In this document: positions 9,009 to 20,099 of the stretch, in pieces
How the letters are laid out: each line of letters starts with the position of its first letter
Position numbering within the stretch: the stretch's first letter is position 1
Virus record (IMG/VR): IMGVR_UViG_3300046002_005654
Coordinates: 31,511 to 95,510 of that record
From: a virus
Direction: 5' to 3' (one strand)
Length of the DNA stretch: 64,000 nt
The notes under the pieces: generated by a model
The model's input: only the letters and a program-made list of their open reading frames with translations
Databases searched by the model: none
Told to the model about the DNA's origin: nothing
Program-made: the position numbers and the translations under genes

Positions 9009-12000
9009 TTAATTATCAGTTTCTACATATATTTTTTTCATACGTATATTTCTAGCTGTTGTTGTTAATGTCGCTAATTGAAAACCAGCTCTCATTTGTG
9101 CTGTTGATAATGGTAATGTTGATGTAGTAGTTCCTTCAGTAGAAGTACTATCTGTTAAATTATCAATTCTCCAATGAATAGTACTTGTAGCCGTATTATA
9201 AAATAAGAAAAAATCATATAATTTATTTACTGCAAAAGCAACTCCTGTACTTACTCTTGTTTCAGTAGTTCCGTTTTTTGTTGTAAGCATAAAGTTAGTG
9301 TCTGACAAAGCTGTACTATAAGCAATTCCAGCTCTATTTCCAGTTGCGTTTTCAGTAGCCACTACCGTTGCCATTGCTTGGTCAGCTACTCCTACAAAAA
9401 ACCTACTACCAGTTGCTCCTGTTCCATAATTTGCATCTGGAAACCATAATCTATACACTGCAAAAAATCCGCCATTAGAAGCAATTCCTGATGATGTGTT
9501 TAAAGGCGATAAAGCTTGGCTTGTTCCACAAGTTGCATTAGCAGTCGCTGCACTAACAATATTAGTACAAACTCCATAAGAAGTGCTACTTGGGTTTGGC
9601 GTTGAAATAGTACCAACTGACGTAACAGCACCTCCTATAGCGCTTATTGAACTTGTTGTATTTGGACTTACTAAAAATATTGAATTTTGATAAATTGCAT
9701 TTTGTAAAGGAGTATCTAATCCAGATGCTCCTTTGGTTTTTAATGCGAATCTTCCAGCCACATATTTTCCATAATAAGAACCGTATCCAGAAGCAGGCGT
9801 AGGTGGCTCTGTAGTAATACCATGAACATTTATTACTGAATCATCTGTAATTGTTAGTTCAGTAAAACCGTTTTTTGTTATTGTAAGTGGAGTACCTGTT
9901 GCTGTTGTTGAATTATTTATAATTAAAGCTCTACCTGTAGAATTGTTATGCACATAGACTCCAGATGAAGTAGATTGATTACTAACAAGTAATCCATATC
10001 CAATACCTGAATTATTTACTGAAACAATACCAGAGCCTGTAGTAGAAAGGTTACTTGAATATATTCCATTGCCACTAGTAGATTGATTATCAGAATATAT
10101 ACCATTTCCAGAAGACGTAGATAAATTATATGAATATATACCATTACCTGCATTACTTGAAGCATTATTTATAGAATACATACCATAGCCAGTAGAATTA
10201 TTAGATACTTTTAATACGTTTGCAGATGATGTGCTTCCGTTGTTAACTAAATTTAATCCAACTGTTTGAGTAGAAGTTGAGTTTGTAAAAGTTTTTAATG
10301 ATGTTACTGTTTGGTCAGTAGCTAATATCATATCTCCACCACCTGCAATTGTTGCCCAAGTATTATCTCCTCTTAAGTACGTAGTAGCGCTTGGAGTTCC
10401 TGTAGCGGTTAAATTGGAAATATCTACTGATGTTAAATAAGTAGAAGAGTCAACTGTACCGTTAGCTTTCAAGAAACCTGTTGCTAATCCACTCGGAACC
10501 CTATAACCTGTAGCTATAGAATATCCTGATATTTGAAGTTGGTTAGCTACATCATCAACACTTGTTCCTAACAATAACCTACCATACCATCTACCAAAGA
10601 CAGTTGACGCGTTTCCTATTACAGTTGTATTACTTCCTAGACCAATAGCGTTTAAACCAATGACTATCTGATTAGTTTGATTATCTACTAAAGACCTAGT
10701 TCCGCTACCTATAAATACAGAATTAGAAAGTAACGTATTTAATGTTATTCCATCCGCGATAAATCTTCCACTATCGTAACCTAAAAGCGTATTTGAACCT
10801 CCTGTAGTTATATTTAATCCTGCATTACCACCTACTATAACGTTTAAATTTCCATCAACTAAAGCTAATCCCGCTCCGTAACCACCAAGAATGGTGTTTC
10901 CTGTACCTTTAGCATAAAATCCCGCACTTACCCCAACATATAAATTATTATTCCCAATAATATTACCATTCCCTGCGTTACTTCCAATGAAAGTATTTGT
11001 AGTTCCAATAGTATTGTTTGCCCCTGCTCCTGACCCTAAAAGCGTAATGTTACTACCTGTTATATTTCTTACACCCGCGCCTTTACCAATAAGAGTATTT
11101 GTAGTTATATTCGATGCTCTAAATTCATTAGATATGTTTCCACCACTATTTAAAAGTGTCGTTGTCGCAGAAGAAGTACCAATAGTTTTAACTGATACTA
11201 AAACAGTACCACTAAACGCGACGTCAGGGGTTACGGTTAAAACAGCAGTAGTAGTGGCTAAAATAGTGTTAGTTCCGGCAAATGAAATTAACGAACCTCC
11301 ACCAAAAGTAGTAGTAAAAGTTCCGCTACCTCCTCCGCTTATAACTATTTGATAATAAGTACCAATTGATGCTGCTAACGTTCCTACTAAAGCACTTGAG
11401 TTTCCGGCTGTGTGTGCGTATCCCAATACAAAACTTGTGCCTGACCATCCCGCTCCTGAGCCTGTTGCTGATATTTCAGCGCCTAATGGAGCAGTATCAC
11501 TAGCTGTTGTACCTTTAAAAGATTTTGTTCCTGTAATAGTTTCAGTACCTGTTATATGTACAGTATTTGTGTCATTTGAAGGAGTATACCCTAATGCAGT
11601 AGCAACTGTTTTAGGTTTCCATAATAATGTTGCTGTATCATAAGCTAAAACCTCGTTATTATTTGGAGCAATAGCTGACACATTATGTAATTCTTCTAAC
11701 TCATATCCATTTTGAACTTTTACAAATATTGTTCCGTTAACACCGTGAGCATATAAAACATACCCAATTGTAACAAGGTGTAATGGTGCAATAGGTTTTA
11801 TATTAGTTATTTGTCCAGCAACTGTTCCGCTTAGATATAAAACATCACCGTCAGCCCAAGTTTCACCTTGTAAACTACCAGTAGTATTAATTCCTCTTAC
11901 TGTTCCACTTGTATTAATATAACCTTCTTGGTTTATTAATATTGTTTCTGTTACAATACCTATAGTTGTTCCACTAGTTATTTCGCTATCAGCTTTTGCT

Positions 12001-12287
12001 AAATCAACTTTAGGTCTTTGTCCTTGTGCTCCAGTGATTATGACAGCTTGATAATTAGCTTCAGATAATGTTATGTTTGTTGCTGTTTTATTAACTATTC
12101 TAAGTACAGTTTCTTGTCCAATTTGTAAAGTTACGTTTCCGCCTTTAAGACCTAAATCTAATGTACCGTCAGTATCATTCCATTTTAATTTGCCAACTGC
12201 ACTTGTTTGGGTTATAGCTGTATTAAATTGTTTGTAATTAGCTGTTACTCCCCCAGTAACAGCTAAATCATCTAGTATTTTAGACAT
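9009..12287 (-). CDS. tail fibre/spike protein
   Basis: 1092 aa G/T/S/N-rich; NTxxG and GNGIYS beta-helix repeats. Confidence 0.75.
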   Translation of the reverse strand: MSKILDDLAVTGGVTANYKQFNTAITQTSAVGKLKWNDTDGTLDLGLKGGNVTLQIGQETVLRIVNKTATNITLSEANYQAVIITGAQGQRPKVDLAKADSEITSGTTIGIVTETILINQEGYINTSGTVRGINTTGSLQGETWADGDVLYLSGTVAGQITNIKPIAPLHLVTIGYVLYAHGVNGTIFVKVQNGYELEELHNVSAIAPNNNEVLAYDTATLLWKPKTVATALGYTPSNDTNTVHITGTETITGTKSFKGTTASDTAPLGAEISATGSGAGWSGTSFVLGYAHTAGNSSALVGTLAASIGTYYQIVISGGGSGTFTTTFGGGSLISFAGTNTILATTTAVLTVTPDVAFSGTVLVSVKTIGTSSATTTLLNSGGNISNEFRASNITTNTLIGKGAGVRNITGSNITLLGSGAGANNTIGTTNTFIGSNAGNGNIIGNNNLYVGVSAGFYAKGTGNTILGGYGAGLALVDGNLNVIVGGNAGLNITTGGSNTLLGYDSGRFIADGITLNTLLSNSVFIGSGTRSLVDNQTNQIVIGLNAIGLGSNTTVIGNASTVFGRWYGRLLLGTSVDDVANQLQISGYSIATGYRVPSGLATGFLKANGTVDSSTYLTSVDISNLTATGTPSATTYLRGDNTWATIAGGGDMILATDQTVTSLKTFTNSTSTQTVGLNLVNNGSTSSANVLKVSNNSTGYGMYSINNASSNAGNGIYSYNLSTSSGNGIYSDNQSTSGNGIYSSNLSTTGSGIVSVNNSGIGYGLLVSNQSTSSGVYVHNNSTGRALIINNSTTATGTPLTITKNGFTELTITDDSVINVHGITTEPPTPASGYGSYYGKYVAGRFALKTKGASGLDTPLQNAIYQNSIFLVSPNTTSSISAIGGAVTSVGTISTPNPSSTSYGVCTNIVSAATANATCGTSQALSPLNTSSGIASNGGFFAVYRLWFPDANYGTGATGSRFFVGVADQAMATVVATENATGNRAGIAYSTALSDTNFMLTTKNGTTETRVSTGVAFAVNKLYDFFLFYNTATSTIHWRIDNLTDSTSTEGTTTSTLPLSTAQMRAGFQLATLTTTARNIRMKKIYVETDN

Positions 12288-12293
12288 AAATTA

Positions 12294-14462
12294 TTATTTT
12301 TTAATTACCACTGTGTATAATCCTGAAGTAGGAGCTACATTGAATGTAAGCGTAACTACTGTAGAACTTGTTACCACGACTTTTGTATTAACTATTTCTT
12401 TTGTTGCTGTGTCAAATATTGTAACTGTTGGATATAATGATCCTCCAACTAATCCATGTGTTAATGGAATATCTGTTAAAACTCCATTTCCAAAAGCAGA
12501 ATTTACATAAACCCAATTAGCTCCAGTAAGTTCTGTTCTTAATTTTAAAGGAGTAACTGCAAATCCATCATTAGTACCTGTAGTAACTTCTGCTTGTGTT
12601 GCTATTTCTACAGTACCAGTAACTGTCTCTGTAGCTACTGTAATATTTTTATTAACTGAAGTCCAGTTTGCGTCTGCTATTGGATTTGTAATTTCAGCTA
12701 TAATCATATCGCCAATTTCCAATGTAGTTCCAAAGAATCCAGCTCCATTTCCAGCCACAGTAACTGTATATGTATATCCTTTTAATATACCAGCGCCAGT
12801 AGGTGGTGCTACAGAGGCGTCATAAGCACCCATATAAGTTAATGCTCCAGTTAATGCAGATGTAATATCTGAAGTTAAAGCAATAGTACCAGTTGCGGCT
12901 GGAAATGTAATTGTATTAGCTCCAGCTGTTGATGGAGCATTTAATGTTATAGTTCCTGAAGCTGAGCCATTAAATTTAATAGCTCCAGTATCAAAAGATT
13001 TAACACCAGCTACTGGTATAGTTGCCGCTATTCCAACTGCTAATAACGTACTTGTTGCAGAAGGAAATGTATAAGTTTGAGCCGCAGTACCTGTAAAAGT
13101 AGATGACCCAGAAGTAAAAGTATGCCCATTAACTGTTGTTGGAGTAATAGCTCCAAGCGTAATGGTTAAGCTAGGCGTAGTGCCTCCTGATGAAGTTCCT
13201 GACACTCCATTAGCTGTAGTAACACCTATTGCAGTTACAGTTCCTGTTCCATATACAGTTGTATCTAAAGAAAATGTTCCAGCGGCAGTCATTTTTACAA
13301 ACGGAGTGCCTGAAACATAAGTAGGATAAGCTAATGCTCCCCAAGTTCCTATATTAGAAGTAAGAGCAAGTGTACCAGTTGTTGCTGGTAGTGTTAAAAT
13401 CGTAGCTGTTCCAGCAACTGCGCTTGGTTGAATAGTAGCATCTCCTGAAGTATTTCCAAAGAATTTAATCTTACCAATAGTTGTTGTATTAACTCCTAAA
13501 TTTATAACAGAAGCTCCGTCAGTTGTTATTCCAGCAACTACTTTAGTATCTGTAGTTCCAGCGCCTAATACCAATGAATTTGCTGTTAAAGCACCTCCAG
13601 TAGCAGTTACTGTTCCACCTCCAGATGTTGCTATAGTAACAATAGCATCAAGTCCAGTTCCAGTTGTTGTTAAGCTTATGTTTGAACCTTCTACTAATTT
13701 AAGACTTCCTCCAGAAGCTGATAATGTAGTTGTATGAGAAGTTGCGTCTGAAGTTCCAGCTAGAGTTTGATTACCAGTATTTGTTCCTGAGTTTGTTCCT
13801 GTAATATCAGATGTTAAAGCCAAAGTTCCAGTAGCAGTTGGTAATGTAACTGTATAATTTGTAGCTGATGCATTAGCTGAGGCTATTGCTGTTGTTCCAG
13901 TACTTGATCCTTTAACAGCTAATTTAATAGTATCAAAAGTTTTTAATCCAGTAACTGATTGAATTCCAGCAAGAACCATATCTCCAGATCCAGCAGGAGT
14001 AGCCCAAGAACCATCTCCTCTTAAAAATGTAGTTGTGCTTCCTCCGCTAGATCCAGGAACAAGTCCTTTTAATGTAGATGTAAATACATCTAACTCAGCT
14101 GTTAATTGAGTTGCTGTTAAATCTAAAGGATCAGCTAAAGAAGCTGTGTTGTTTCCTTTAAATGTATGTGCGGCCATTTTTGCTAATTTAGCATTAGTTA
14201 CCGCATTAGCTGTAATAGTTTGAGTTCCATCACCAAGAGATGTTACTTCTCCTGTATGGTTAGGGTGTGCGTATGTAAGCGACGACCAAGTTGCTCCATT
14301 CCAAGAATATGCTTTTAAATCAGTTGTGTTCCAATAAGTAAATCCTAAATTTATACCAGCCCATGTAGTTGTTACTGGATGAGATGCTAAATTTTGTAAC
14401 TTCATATTCAACATTTGATTTTTACTTAAATCAATGTCTACTAAAAAAGGAATATTTGCCAT
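12294..14462 (-). CDS. tail fibre protein
   Basis: T/G/A-rich with repeated P(T/A)ATGT(L/I)ALTS units and [11 protein letters not shown] motif. Confidence 0.75.
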   Translation of the reverse strand: MANIPFLVDIDLSKNQMLNMKLQNLASHPVTTTWAGINLGFTYWNTTDLKAYSWNGATWSSLTYAHPNHTGEVTSLGDGTQTITANAVTNAKLAKMAAHTFKGNNTASLADPLDLTATQLTAELDVFTSTLKGLVPGSSGGSTTTFLRGDGSWATPAGSGDMVLAGIQSVTGLKTFDTIKLAVKGSSTGTTAIASANASATNYTVTLPTATGTLALTSDITGTNSGTNTGNQTLAGTSDATSHTTTLSASGGSLKLVEGSNISLTTTGTGLDAIVTIATSGGGTVTATGGALTANSLVLGAGTTDTKVVAGITTDGASVINLGVNTTTIGKIKFFGNTSGDATIQPSAVAGTATILTLPATTGTLALTSNIGTWGALAYPTYVSGTPFVKMTAAGTFSLDTTVYGTGTVTAIGVTTANGVSGTSSGGTTPSLTITLGAITPTTVNGHTFTSGSSTFTGTAAQTYTFPSATSTLLAVGIAATIPVAGVKSFDTGAIKFNGSASGTITLNAPSTAGANTITFPAATGTIALTSDITSALTGALTYMGAYDASVAPPTGAGILKGYTYTVTVAGNGAGFFGTTLEIGDMIIAEITNPIADANWTSVNKNITVATETVTGTVEIATQAEVTTGTNDGFAVTPLKLRTELTGANWVYVNSAFGNGVLTDIPLTHGLVGGSLYPTVTIFDTATKEIVNTKVVVTSSTVVTLTFNVAPTSGLYTVVIKK

Positions 14463-14468
14463 AATTTT

Positions 14469-14786
14469 TTAATTTAATGTTGCTTTGCCAGAAAATGCGG
14501 CGCTAAATGTTAATGTTATATTATTTATATTTTGATAGTTAATTTCACCTATAACAACAGTGCCAGCACTATCCATCACCATTACTGATGGAAATTTATT
14601 CAACATGTGAGAAATTGTCCATACTGTTGAAGGTATGTTCTGAGTATATACAAAATTTTTATCAACATTTAAAATATCTAAAGCCGTTATAAATGGATTT
14701 ATACCATCAGCGCCATCATTAATAAGTTGCGATGTATTTGATACGGATGATGAACTTGATGGTATTGATGTTATTATTTTTGCCAT
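14469..14786 (-). CDS. virion fibre-associated protein
   Basis: WTISHMLNKFPSV...FSAAFSGKATLN motif; context. Confidence 0.5.
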   Translation of the reverse strand: MAKIITSIPSSSSSVSNTSQLINDGADGINPFITALDILNVDKNFVYTQNIPSTVWTISHMLNKFPSVMVMDSAGTVVIGEINYQNINNITLTFSAAFSGKATLN

Positions 14787-15172
14787 TATACTGTTTCTAT
14801 TAAATATTCTACTGATACCTTACTTCCTGCCTTAACAGTAAATGTAATAGGCGTTTGATTAAGCGTTGTTACTTCTATATTCTGAGTTGTTCCAGCTGGG
14901 AATGTAAAAGTGTTATATAATATACTTCCACTTAAAACTATTATAGTTATTGAATGAAATGTATTAATTGGATATAACACAACTTCGTCTGTTATTGGTT
15001 CAAATGAATCCGTAATTAACGTATTATAATTTGGACCGCCATTAGCACAAGTGTTTACCGCTGAAACTAAATTAACTAATTTCCTTAAGTCTGAATTTAA
15101 TATTTTCTTACAGTCTTGAAAAGATATTAGTAGTTCGTTTATTGTTTGATTTATTTCATTGCACTCTATCAT
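14786..15172 (-). CDS. hypothetical virion protein
   Basis: ORF coupled to neighbours in structural module. Confidence 0.5.
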   Translation of the reverse strand: MIECNEINQTINELLISFQDCKKILNSDLRKLVNLVSAVNTCANGGPNYNTLITDSFEPITDEVVLYPINTFHSITIIVLSGSILYNTFTFPAGTTQNIEVTTLNQTPITFTVKAGSKVSVEYLIETV

Positions 15173-15187
15173 AATTATATTTTATTT

Positions 15188-15742
15188 TTAAACACATGTG
15201 TTTATTTCTGCTATTTTTCCGTCATTATCTATTCTAAATGAATTTCCATCTATTCCTTCTTTATACCATAAATTTCCAGAACCAACAGGAGTTGATAAAC
15301 TAGGAGATAGATACATTTGAACTCCAATATCAAGTACACTTACTGATGTATATAAAGTTAAATCAAAAGAAGTCATTGGACATGTTAATGAAAACGACTC
15401 TCTTCCTGGATTTGTAAAGAACCAAGAATATGAAACTGCACAATTTTGTATTTCAGCAATTTGTCCTGATGAATTAATTCTATATGAAAATCCATCATAT
15501 TCATATTTATACCATAAATTACCATAAGATACTATATTTGTTAATAATGTATCAGTATATAGTTGAGTACCTACGGTTAGCGGACTTGTGCTTGAATAAA
15601 AAGTTATATCATAAAGAGTTGCTAAACAAGAAGTTGTGTAGACAGAAGCTCCTGGACTTGAAAAGTTATATGAATAATAAGATGGAGGAGCAATTACTAT
15701 TCCATCTGATTGTCTATATATATTTTTTTTAAATTCATTCAT
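15188..15742 (-). CDS. virion protein with two ~80-aa internal repeats
   Basis: two copies of SPG...C...GNLWYK...RI...G.IAEI..C. Confidence 0.55.
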   Translation of the reverse strand: MNEFKKNIYRQSDGIVIAPPSYYSYNFSSPGASVYTTSCLATLYDITFYSSTSPLTVGTQLYTDTLLTNIVSYGNLWYKYEYDGFSYRINSSGQIAEIQNCAVSYSWFFTNPGRESFSLTCPMTSFDLTLYTSVSVLDIGVQMYLSPSLSTPVGSGNLWYKEGIDGNSFRIDNDGKIAEINTCV

Positions 15743-16992
15743 TATACTTTTGTATTACCTAGTAAATAAAATGTATTAGTAGTTCCTTCTTGATCTATTG
15801 AAGTATTATAATATTGTCCTTTAGATTTTAATCCGGTAGGATTATATATAGTTGTTCCAGAAGCCACAAATGTAACATCAGCAGTTCCCTTTTGAATAAA
15901 TCCAACAAATATATTTACCAATAATCCAGTAGGTATTGTTATATTTATTGGAGTAGTTCCATTATTAATTATTATAGTATAGTTATTGTCAGCACTTGTT
16001 AACACATAAGATGCTGTTATAATTTTTTGTAAATTTGTTGGAATTTTAGATTCCAAATATTCTCTAGTCACAACAGCCTTACCTGTTGATTCAGATGTTA
16101 TTAAAGCATTTGTTACAGAAGGTAAAGTTGCTACTCCATTCATTCTTACAATAAGCGCATCGCTTCTTGAAAATACTGGATATGTGTCATCATTATCTGT
16201 TATAACCCCATTACCAACTACAAATATTGCTTTTGTTGATTCGTTATTTGTTAATAATGAGCCTACTATTGTATTAGCCGCTTGCCCAACTACAGTTACT
16301 ATTTGACCTGTAACATTATGGCCAACACCTAGTAGGCTAACTATTTGACCAGCTGACGTTAAATTTACACCAGTTGCAAATCCATATTCGCTAGAATTAT
16401 TAATTAAACTTCCTATAGTTCCGCTAGCAAATCCAGATGTTATTACGTCATCTCCTATAGATATTGAATTAGTTCCTGTAGTTCCTCTTATAGTTGATAT
16501 GCCTGTAGATGTACTAAAATCAACAGAGTCTAATCCTATTGGTCCAAAATTTAATGGATTTCTTCCTCTTATTATAAAACCTACTCCGCTTCCTTCGTCA
16601 ATAGCTTGAAAAGGAGGTAATATAATTGTAGGCTTATTTAATATTTCAGAAACTCCTGAAGTAGCATTCCAATCAGATTTAACCTGACTAGTTACAGTTG
16701 TTGGAAAAAAGTTATAAACCTTGTTTGAATATGTTATTCCAAAAGCAACTATTCCATTTGGATATGTGTAGTTTGTAGTTCTTAATCCAATCTCGCCTCC
16801 AACTACCTCTCTCCATTCGTATCTAGTACCTTCTTGTATACAATAAAACGTACATCCTTGAACATACGTAAACGCTAGATTGTCACTTAATCCAAGATCC
16901 TTTAATGCAGCTTCGTTCTGAATATATGTCTTAACGTCTAAAGGAATTTGTGTTGTTATTTTTAACCCTAAAGGTATATTTGAATAATCCAT
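15742..16992 (-). CDS. tail fibre/spike-like protein
   Basis: mosaic beta-rich protein; QVKSDWNATSGVSEILNKP and FVVGNG motifs. Confidence 0.6.
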   Translation of the reverse strand: MDYSNIPLGLKITTQIPLDVKTYIQNEAALKDLGLSDNLAFTYVQGCTFYCIQEGTRYEWREVVGGEIGLRTTNYTYPNGIVAFGITYSNKVYNFFPTTVTSQVKSDWNATSGVSEILNKPTIILPPFQAIDEGSGVGFIIRGRNPLNFGPIGLDSVDFSTSTGISTIRGTTGTNSISIGDDVITSGFASGTIGSLINNSSEYGFATGVNLTSAGQIVSLLGVGHNVTGQIVTVVGQAANTIVGSLLTNNESTKAIFVVGNGVITDNDDTYPVFSRSDALIVRMNGVATLPSVTNALITSESTGKAVVTREYLESKIPTNLQKIITASYVLTSADNNYTIIINNGTTPINITIPTGLLVNIFVGFIQKGTADVTFVASGTTIYNPTGLKSKGQYYNTSIDQEGTTNTFYLLGNTKV

Positions 16993-17645
16993 TACGTAAG
17001 TTTTTGTATTATGAATTTAATATCTCCATACGAATAAACATTAGTAGATACAAATAAAGTTGTGTTTATACTATCTATAAAAGTTTTTGTAAACCCAGAA
17101 GTAACATCAATATTTAAAGCATTTAATATTTTAAATGTTGATGTTGTTTTTGTATCTGTTATTGCAAAACATATTCTACCTATTGTTGTATATGGTATTG
17201 TTTTTCCAGAAGCAAATACAGTTAATGTATCACTTTGTTTTGATTGTAAAAATCCTTTGTCATCTACTTTTAAAACAACATCAGCATTTGTTACATAATA
17301 ATCAGCCTCTTGCCAATAAAATATTTCTTGAAATGATTGGTATGTATTACAATCTAAAAATTCAGCTTGAATAAATACTGGTTTTGGGCTTCTTTTATCT
17401 TGAGGCAAAACCATTGGCATACATGTATTTTTAGATGTAGTAAGTATTCTATTATAAAGATTTGTTAATGTTCTTCTATTAGGTTGTGATAAAGACGTAT
17501 AACACGCTCCTAACAGCTTATATATAGCTTCTAGTATATATGGATCACTTGAGTTTAGTTTGCCTGTTAAACGAGCTTTTCTATATGTTTTTTCAAGAGA
17601 GCCTATTATAACTGAAACATGTCCTTTTTCATTTATTTCTGCCAT
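16992..17645 (-). CDS. virion protein (tail hub-like by position)
   Basis: position after auxiliary capsid gene in crAss gene order. Confidence 0.4.
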   Translation of the reverse strand: MAEINEKGHVSVIIGSLEKTYRKARLTGKLNSSDPYILEAIYKLLGACYTSLSQPNRRTLTNLYNRILTTSKNTCMPMVLPQDKRSPKPVFIQAEFLDCNTYQSFQEIFYWQEADYYVTNADVVLKVDDKGFLQSKQSDTLTVFASGKTIPYTTIGRICFAITDTKTTSTFKILNALNIDVTSGFTKTFIDSINTTLFVSTNVYSYGDIKFIIQKLT

Positions 17646-17650
17646 TTGTA

Positions 17651-18229
17651 TTAAGCTTGTATATATCCACTACAAGTAGTGCAATCTATAGGTATGCAAT
17701 CAGTACATGGAGTAAGAGTACAAAGTTTTTGCAACTTAGTTACCATTTGAGATGCTTGAGTATAGTATCCTATTTGTAGTGCTTTAATAACACTATCAAT
17801 TAACATATTAATAGTTATTACCATTTGATTAGATTTATTTTTATCGCAATCCACACAATTAGTTATCTCTAATTCTAAAAGAAAACTAAGTAAGCAGTAG
17901 TAGTATGGTGTTAGATTATATGTAACCCCAGTTACTGGAGATTGACAATCTTGACATCCAGGAGTATCAATATATGTGCTTTCTACTTCCATATAAACAA
18001 TATCTTTAAATATTGTTAATCCAACATCAGTAGCGTTTATAATCAAAACTTCTCTTTCATTAACTTTTAATAAGTTAGATGTTAAATCTATAGCTAAAGA
18101 ATAATCTTTATAGTCTAACATAGTCCATACCAAAAGCGTAGAAATATTATAAGTTAAGTTTGTTTGAACATCAATAGCTAGTTGCGTACCATTAGTTATT
18201 ATTTCAAAATTATTGATGGTTATAGCCAT
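17651..18229 (-). CDS. Cys-rich virion protein (tail hub-like)
   Basis: several CxxC motifs; crAss-like gene order. Confidence 0.45.
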   Translation of the reverse strand: MAITINNFEIITNGTQLAIDVQTNLTYNISTLLVWTMLDYKDYSLAIDLTSNLLKVNEREVLIINATDVGLTIFKDIVYMEVESTYIDTPGCQDCQSPVTGVTYNLTPYYYCLLSFLLELEITNCVDCDKNKSNQMVITINMLIDSVIKALQIGYYTQASQMVTKLQKLCTLTPCTDCIPIDCTTCSGYIQA

Positions 18230-18272
18230 ATCATTATATTTAAATTATTATTTAAGTATTTCATGTTTATGC

Positions 18273-18311
18273 AAAAAAAAAGGAAAGAAGATTTGTTCTT
18301 CTTCCCTTTTT
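18273..18311 (-). terminator. intrinsic terminator
   Basis: GGGAAGAAGA...TCTTCTTTCC + T9 on minus strand. Confidence 0.75.
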
Positions 18312-18331
18312 AGGTATTATTTAATTAATTA

Positions 18332-19339
18332 CTATACTACAGCTAAGTCAGCTGGAACGGCTACTCTAGAACCTACAGATGTACGTAGATTTGCAAGAAC
18401 TGTATTTGTAGCAGCATTGTTTGCTGGCAAATTAGTTACTTTGTCTACAAGTATTGTAAGTACTTTATATTGACGTTCAACAGATGTTTCTTTTCTTGTT
18501 GAATAATGTTTAATTTGAATTGTATTATAGAATCCTGTTGGAGATGCGTAGTATGGAGTTCCAAAGTCAGCAGGATAACCTGTTTGACGATAAACTTCAT
18601 ACTTCATACCTTTAACAAACCATTCAAAGTTAACTGCAAATTTTCCAGTTCCTGAACCAGGAGAGGCTTGATTAGTTACTACAGGAACAACAAGACCACT
18701 ATTAGTAGCTGGTTGAGTAGTGTCATATGCATTTAAGAATGATTTACCAAGAACATCAAATTCAATTTGTTTTCCGATAAGTTTACCAGCAGAGAATTTT
18801 TGTACTTTACTAGTAATAGTAAATGTAGCAGCTCCAGTAGAAACAACAGCTAATTCAAAGTTACCTCTTTTAATAAGATTTTTTTGAAGAGACAAAAGTA
18901 ATCCGTCTTTAATAGCAGTAGTTGTTTCAGCAGAAACACCAGTTACATAGAACCCTTGAACTATTGCAAAATTTTCAGGAGATAAAGATCCACCATCATT
19001 GTAAATTCTACATTCAATTTCATATGTAGTAGCAGCAGTAGCTGTACCAACTGTAACAGTAACTAATTTTTGAACTTCAGCAGCGTATTCTTTAAGTGTA
19101 ATTTTTTCAATTAAAGAAGGATCAACAACATCTGAAAACTCATAATCTAATCCTTTAGAAGCATCTCCACTAGTTTTTTGTAAATAGCTAAATGGAAGTC
19201 CATCAGCAATAATAACTCCTTGACTAGATACTGCTTTGATTTCTTTATCAGAGGCTGAAGCAATAAATGTTTTTGTAGTAGTTTCTGTGGCGACAGCATT
19301 TCCTATAATTAATTCACCAACTTGATTTGGTCCGTACAT
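18332..19339 (-). CDS. auxiliary capsid protein (crAss-like)
   Basis: NQVGELII start, GSGTGK..VNFEWF..G...YR..GYP motif; highly expressed codon usage. Confidence 0.65.
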   Translation of the reverse strand: MYGPNQVGELIIGNAVATETTTKTFIASASDKEIKAVSSQGVIIADGLPFSYLQKTSGDASKGLDYEFSDVVDPSLIEKITLKEYAAEVQKLVTVTVGTATAATTYEIECRIYNDGGSLSPENFAIVQGFYVTGVSAETTTAIKDGLLLSLQKNLIKRGNFELAVVSTGAATFTITSKVQKFSAGKLIGKQIEFDVLGKSFLNAYDTTQPATNSGLVVPVVTNQASPGSGTGKFAVNFEWFVKGMKYEVYRQTGYPADFGTPYYASPTGFYNTIQIKHYSTRKETSVERQYKVLTILVDKVTNLPANNAATNTVLANLRTSVGSRVAVPADLAVV

Positions 19340-19359
19340 ATTTTATGTTTTATTTATTA

Positions 19360-20097
19360 TTATTCATTTCTTTGATCTATCTGAACTTTACTTTCTAGTC
19401 CAGATGGTTTGTAATCTCTTAATGCTAATTCAACAGCTCTATCAATTATTTCTCTTTGAAATTCATCAGATAATATGCAAGTTTGCATAGCGGTAACTCC
19501 ATCAATACTTAATCCTTCACCAGGAAAAGTAGTTGCTAGATTGGATAATACTATTGGAGGAGGAAACATTATATATCTTAAATGATACTCAGATATAGTA
19601 TATGGGCTTATGAGCTCAACAACTTTATCATTTCCTATTTTTGACATATCCATTCTCCACACAGCAGAACTATCTGGTTTTTTAAAAGGATTACTTATTT
19701 GTATTGTAAACTCGTCATGCGTCTTTACTATTACATTTAAGGTGTTACCATTGTAACAATCTGTAGTAGATATTTTAGCATCTTCATATACAATAAGAAA
19801 AACGTCATTTGGTATTTTGAAAAATTTTGAATCAGAATGTAGATGCGACGTTGAAGTTACAATTTGTGTAGACTTATAATCTTTAATAAGTTCCTTTAAA
19901 TCAACTCTTCTTTTTTCTGAATTCTCAAATCCTTCTCTATACTTATTGCCGTTTGGATTATAATTATTTTTAACTAATTCTAATTGTGCTTTTGTAAGAT
20001 AAACAGATAATTCATAATCATCAATGTTCGGAGCAGACATAGTCGCAATTGCATTATAATGAATTTGAAATTCGTTTTTTATCTCGGTTGTAGTCAT
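19360..20097 (-). CDS. crAss-like ring/head-tail protein
   Basis: EFQIHYNAI...DDYELSVYLTKAQ...FENSEKRRVDL motif. Confidence 0.7.
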   Translation of the reverse strand: MTTTEIKNEFQIHYNAIATMSAPNIDDYELSVYLTKAQLELVKNNYNPNGNKYREGFENSEKRRVDLKELIKDYKSTQIVTSTSHLHSDSKFFKIPNDVFLIVYEDAKISTTDCYNGNTLNVIVKTHDEFTIQISNPFKKPDSSAVWRMDMSKIGNDKVVELISPYTISEYHLRYIMFPPPIVLSNLATTFPGEGLSIDGVTAMQTCILSDEFQREIIDRAVELALRDYKPSGLESKVQIDQRNE

Positions 20098-20099
20098 AA

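Noticed and set aside
9009-16992. Diversity-generating retroelement or invertible tail-fibre cassette
   Set aside because: No reverse transcriptase, recombinase or adenine-variant TR/VR pair seen in the window
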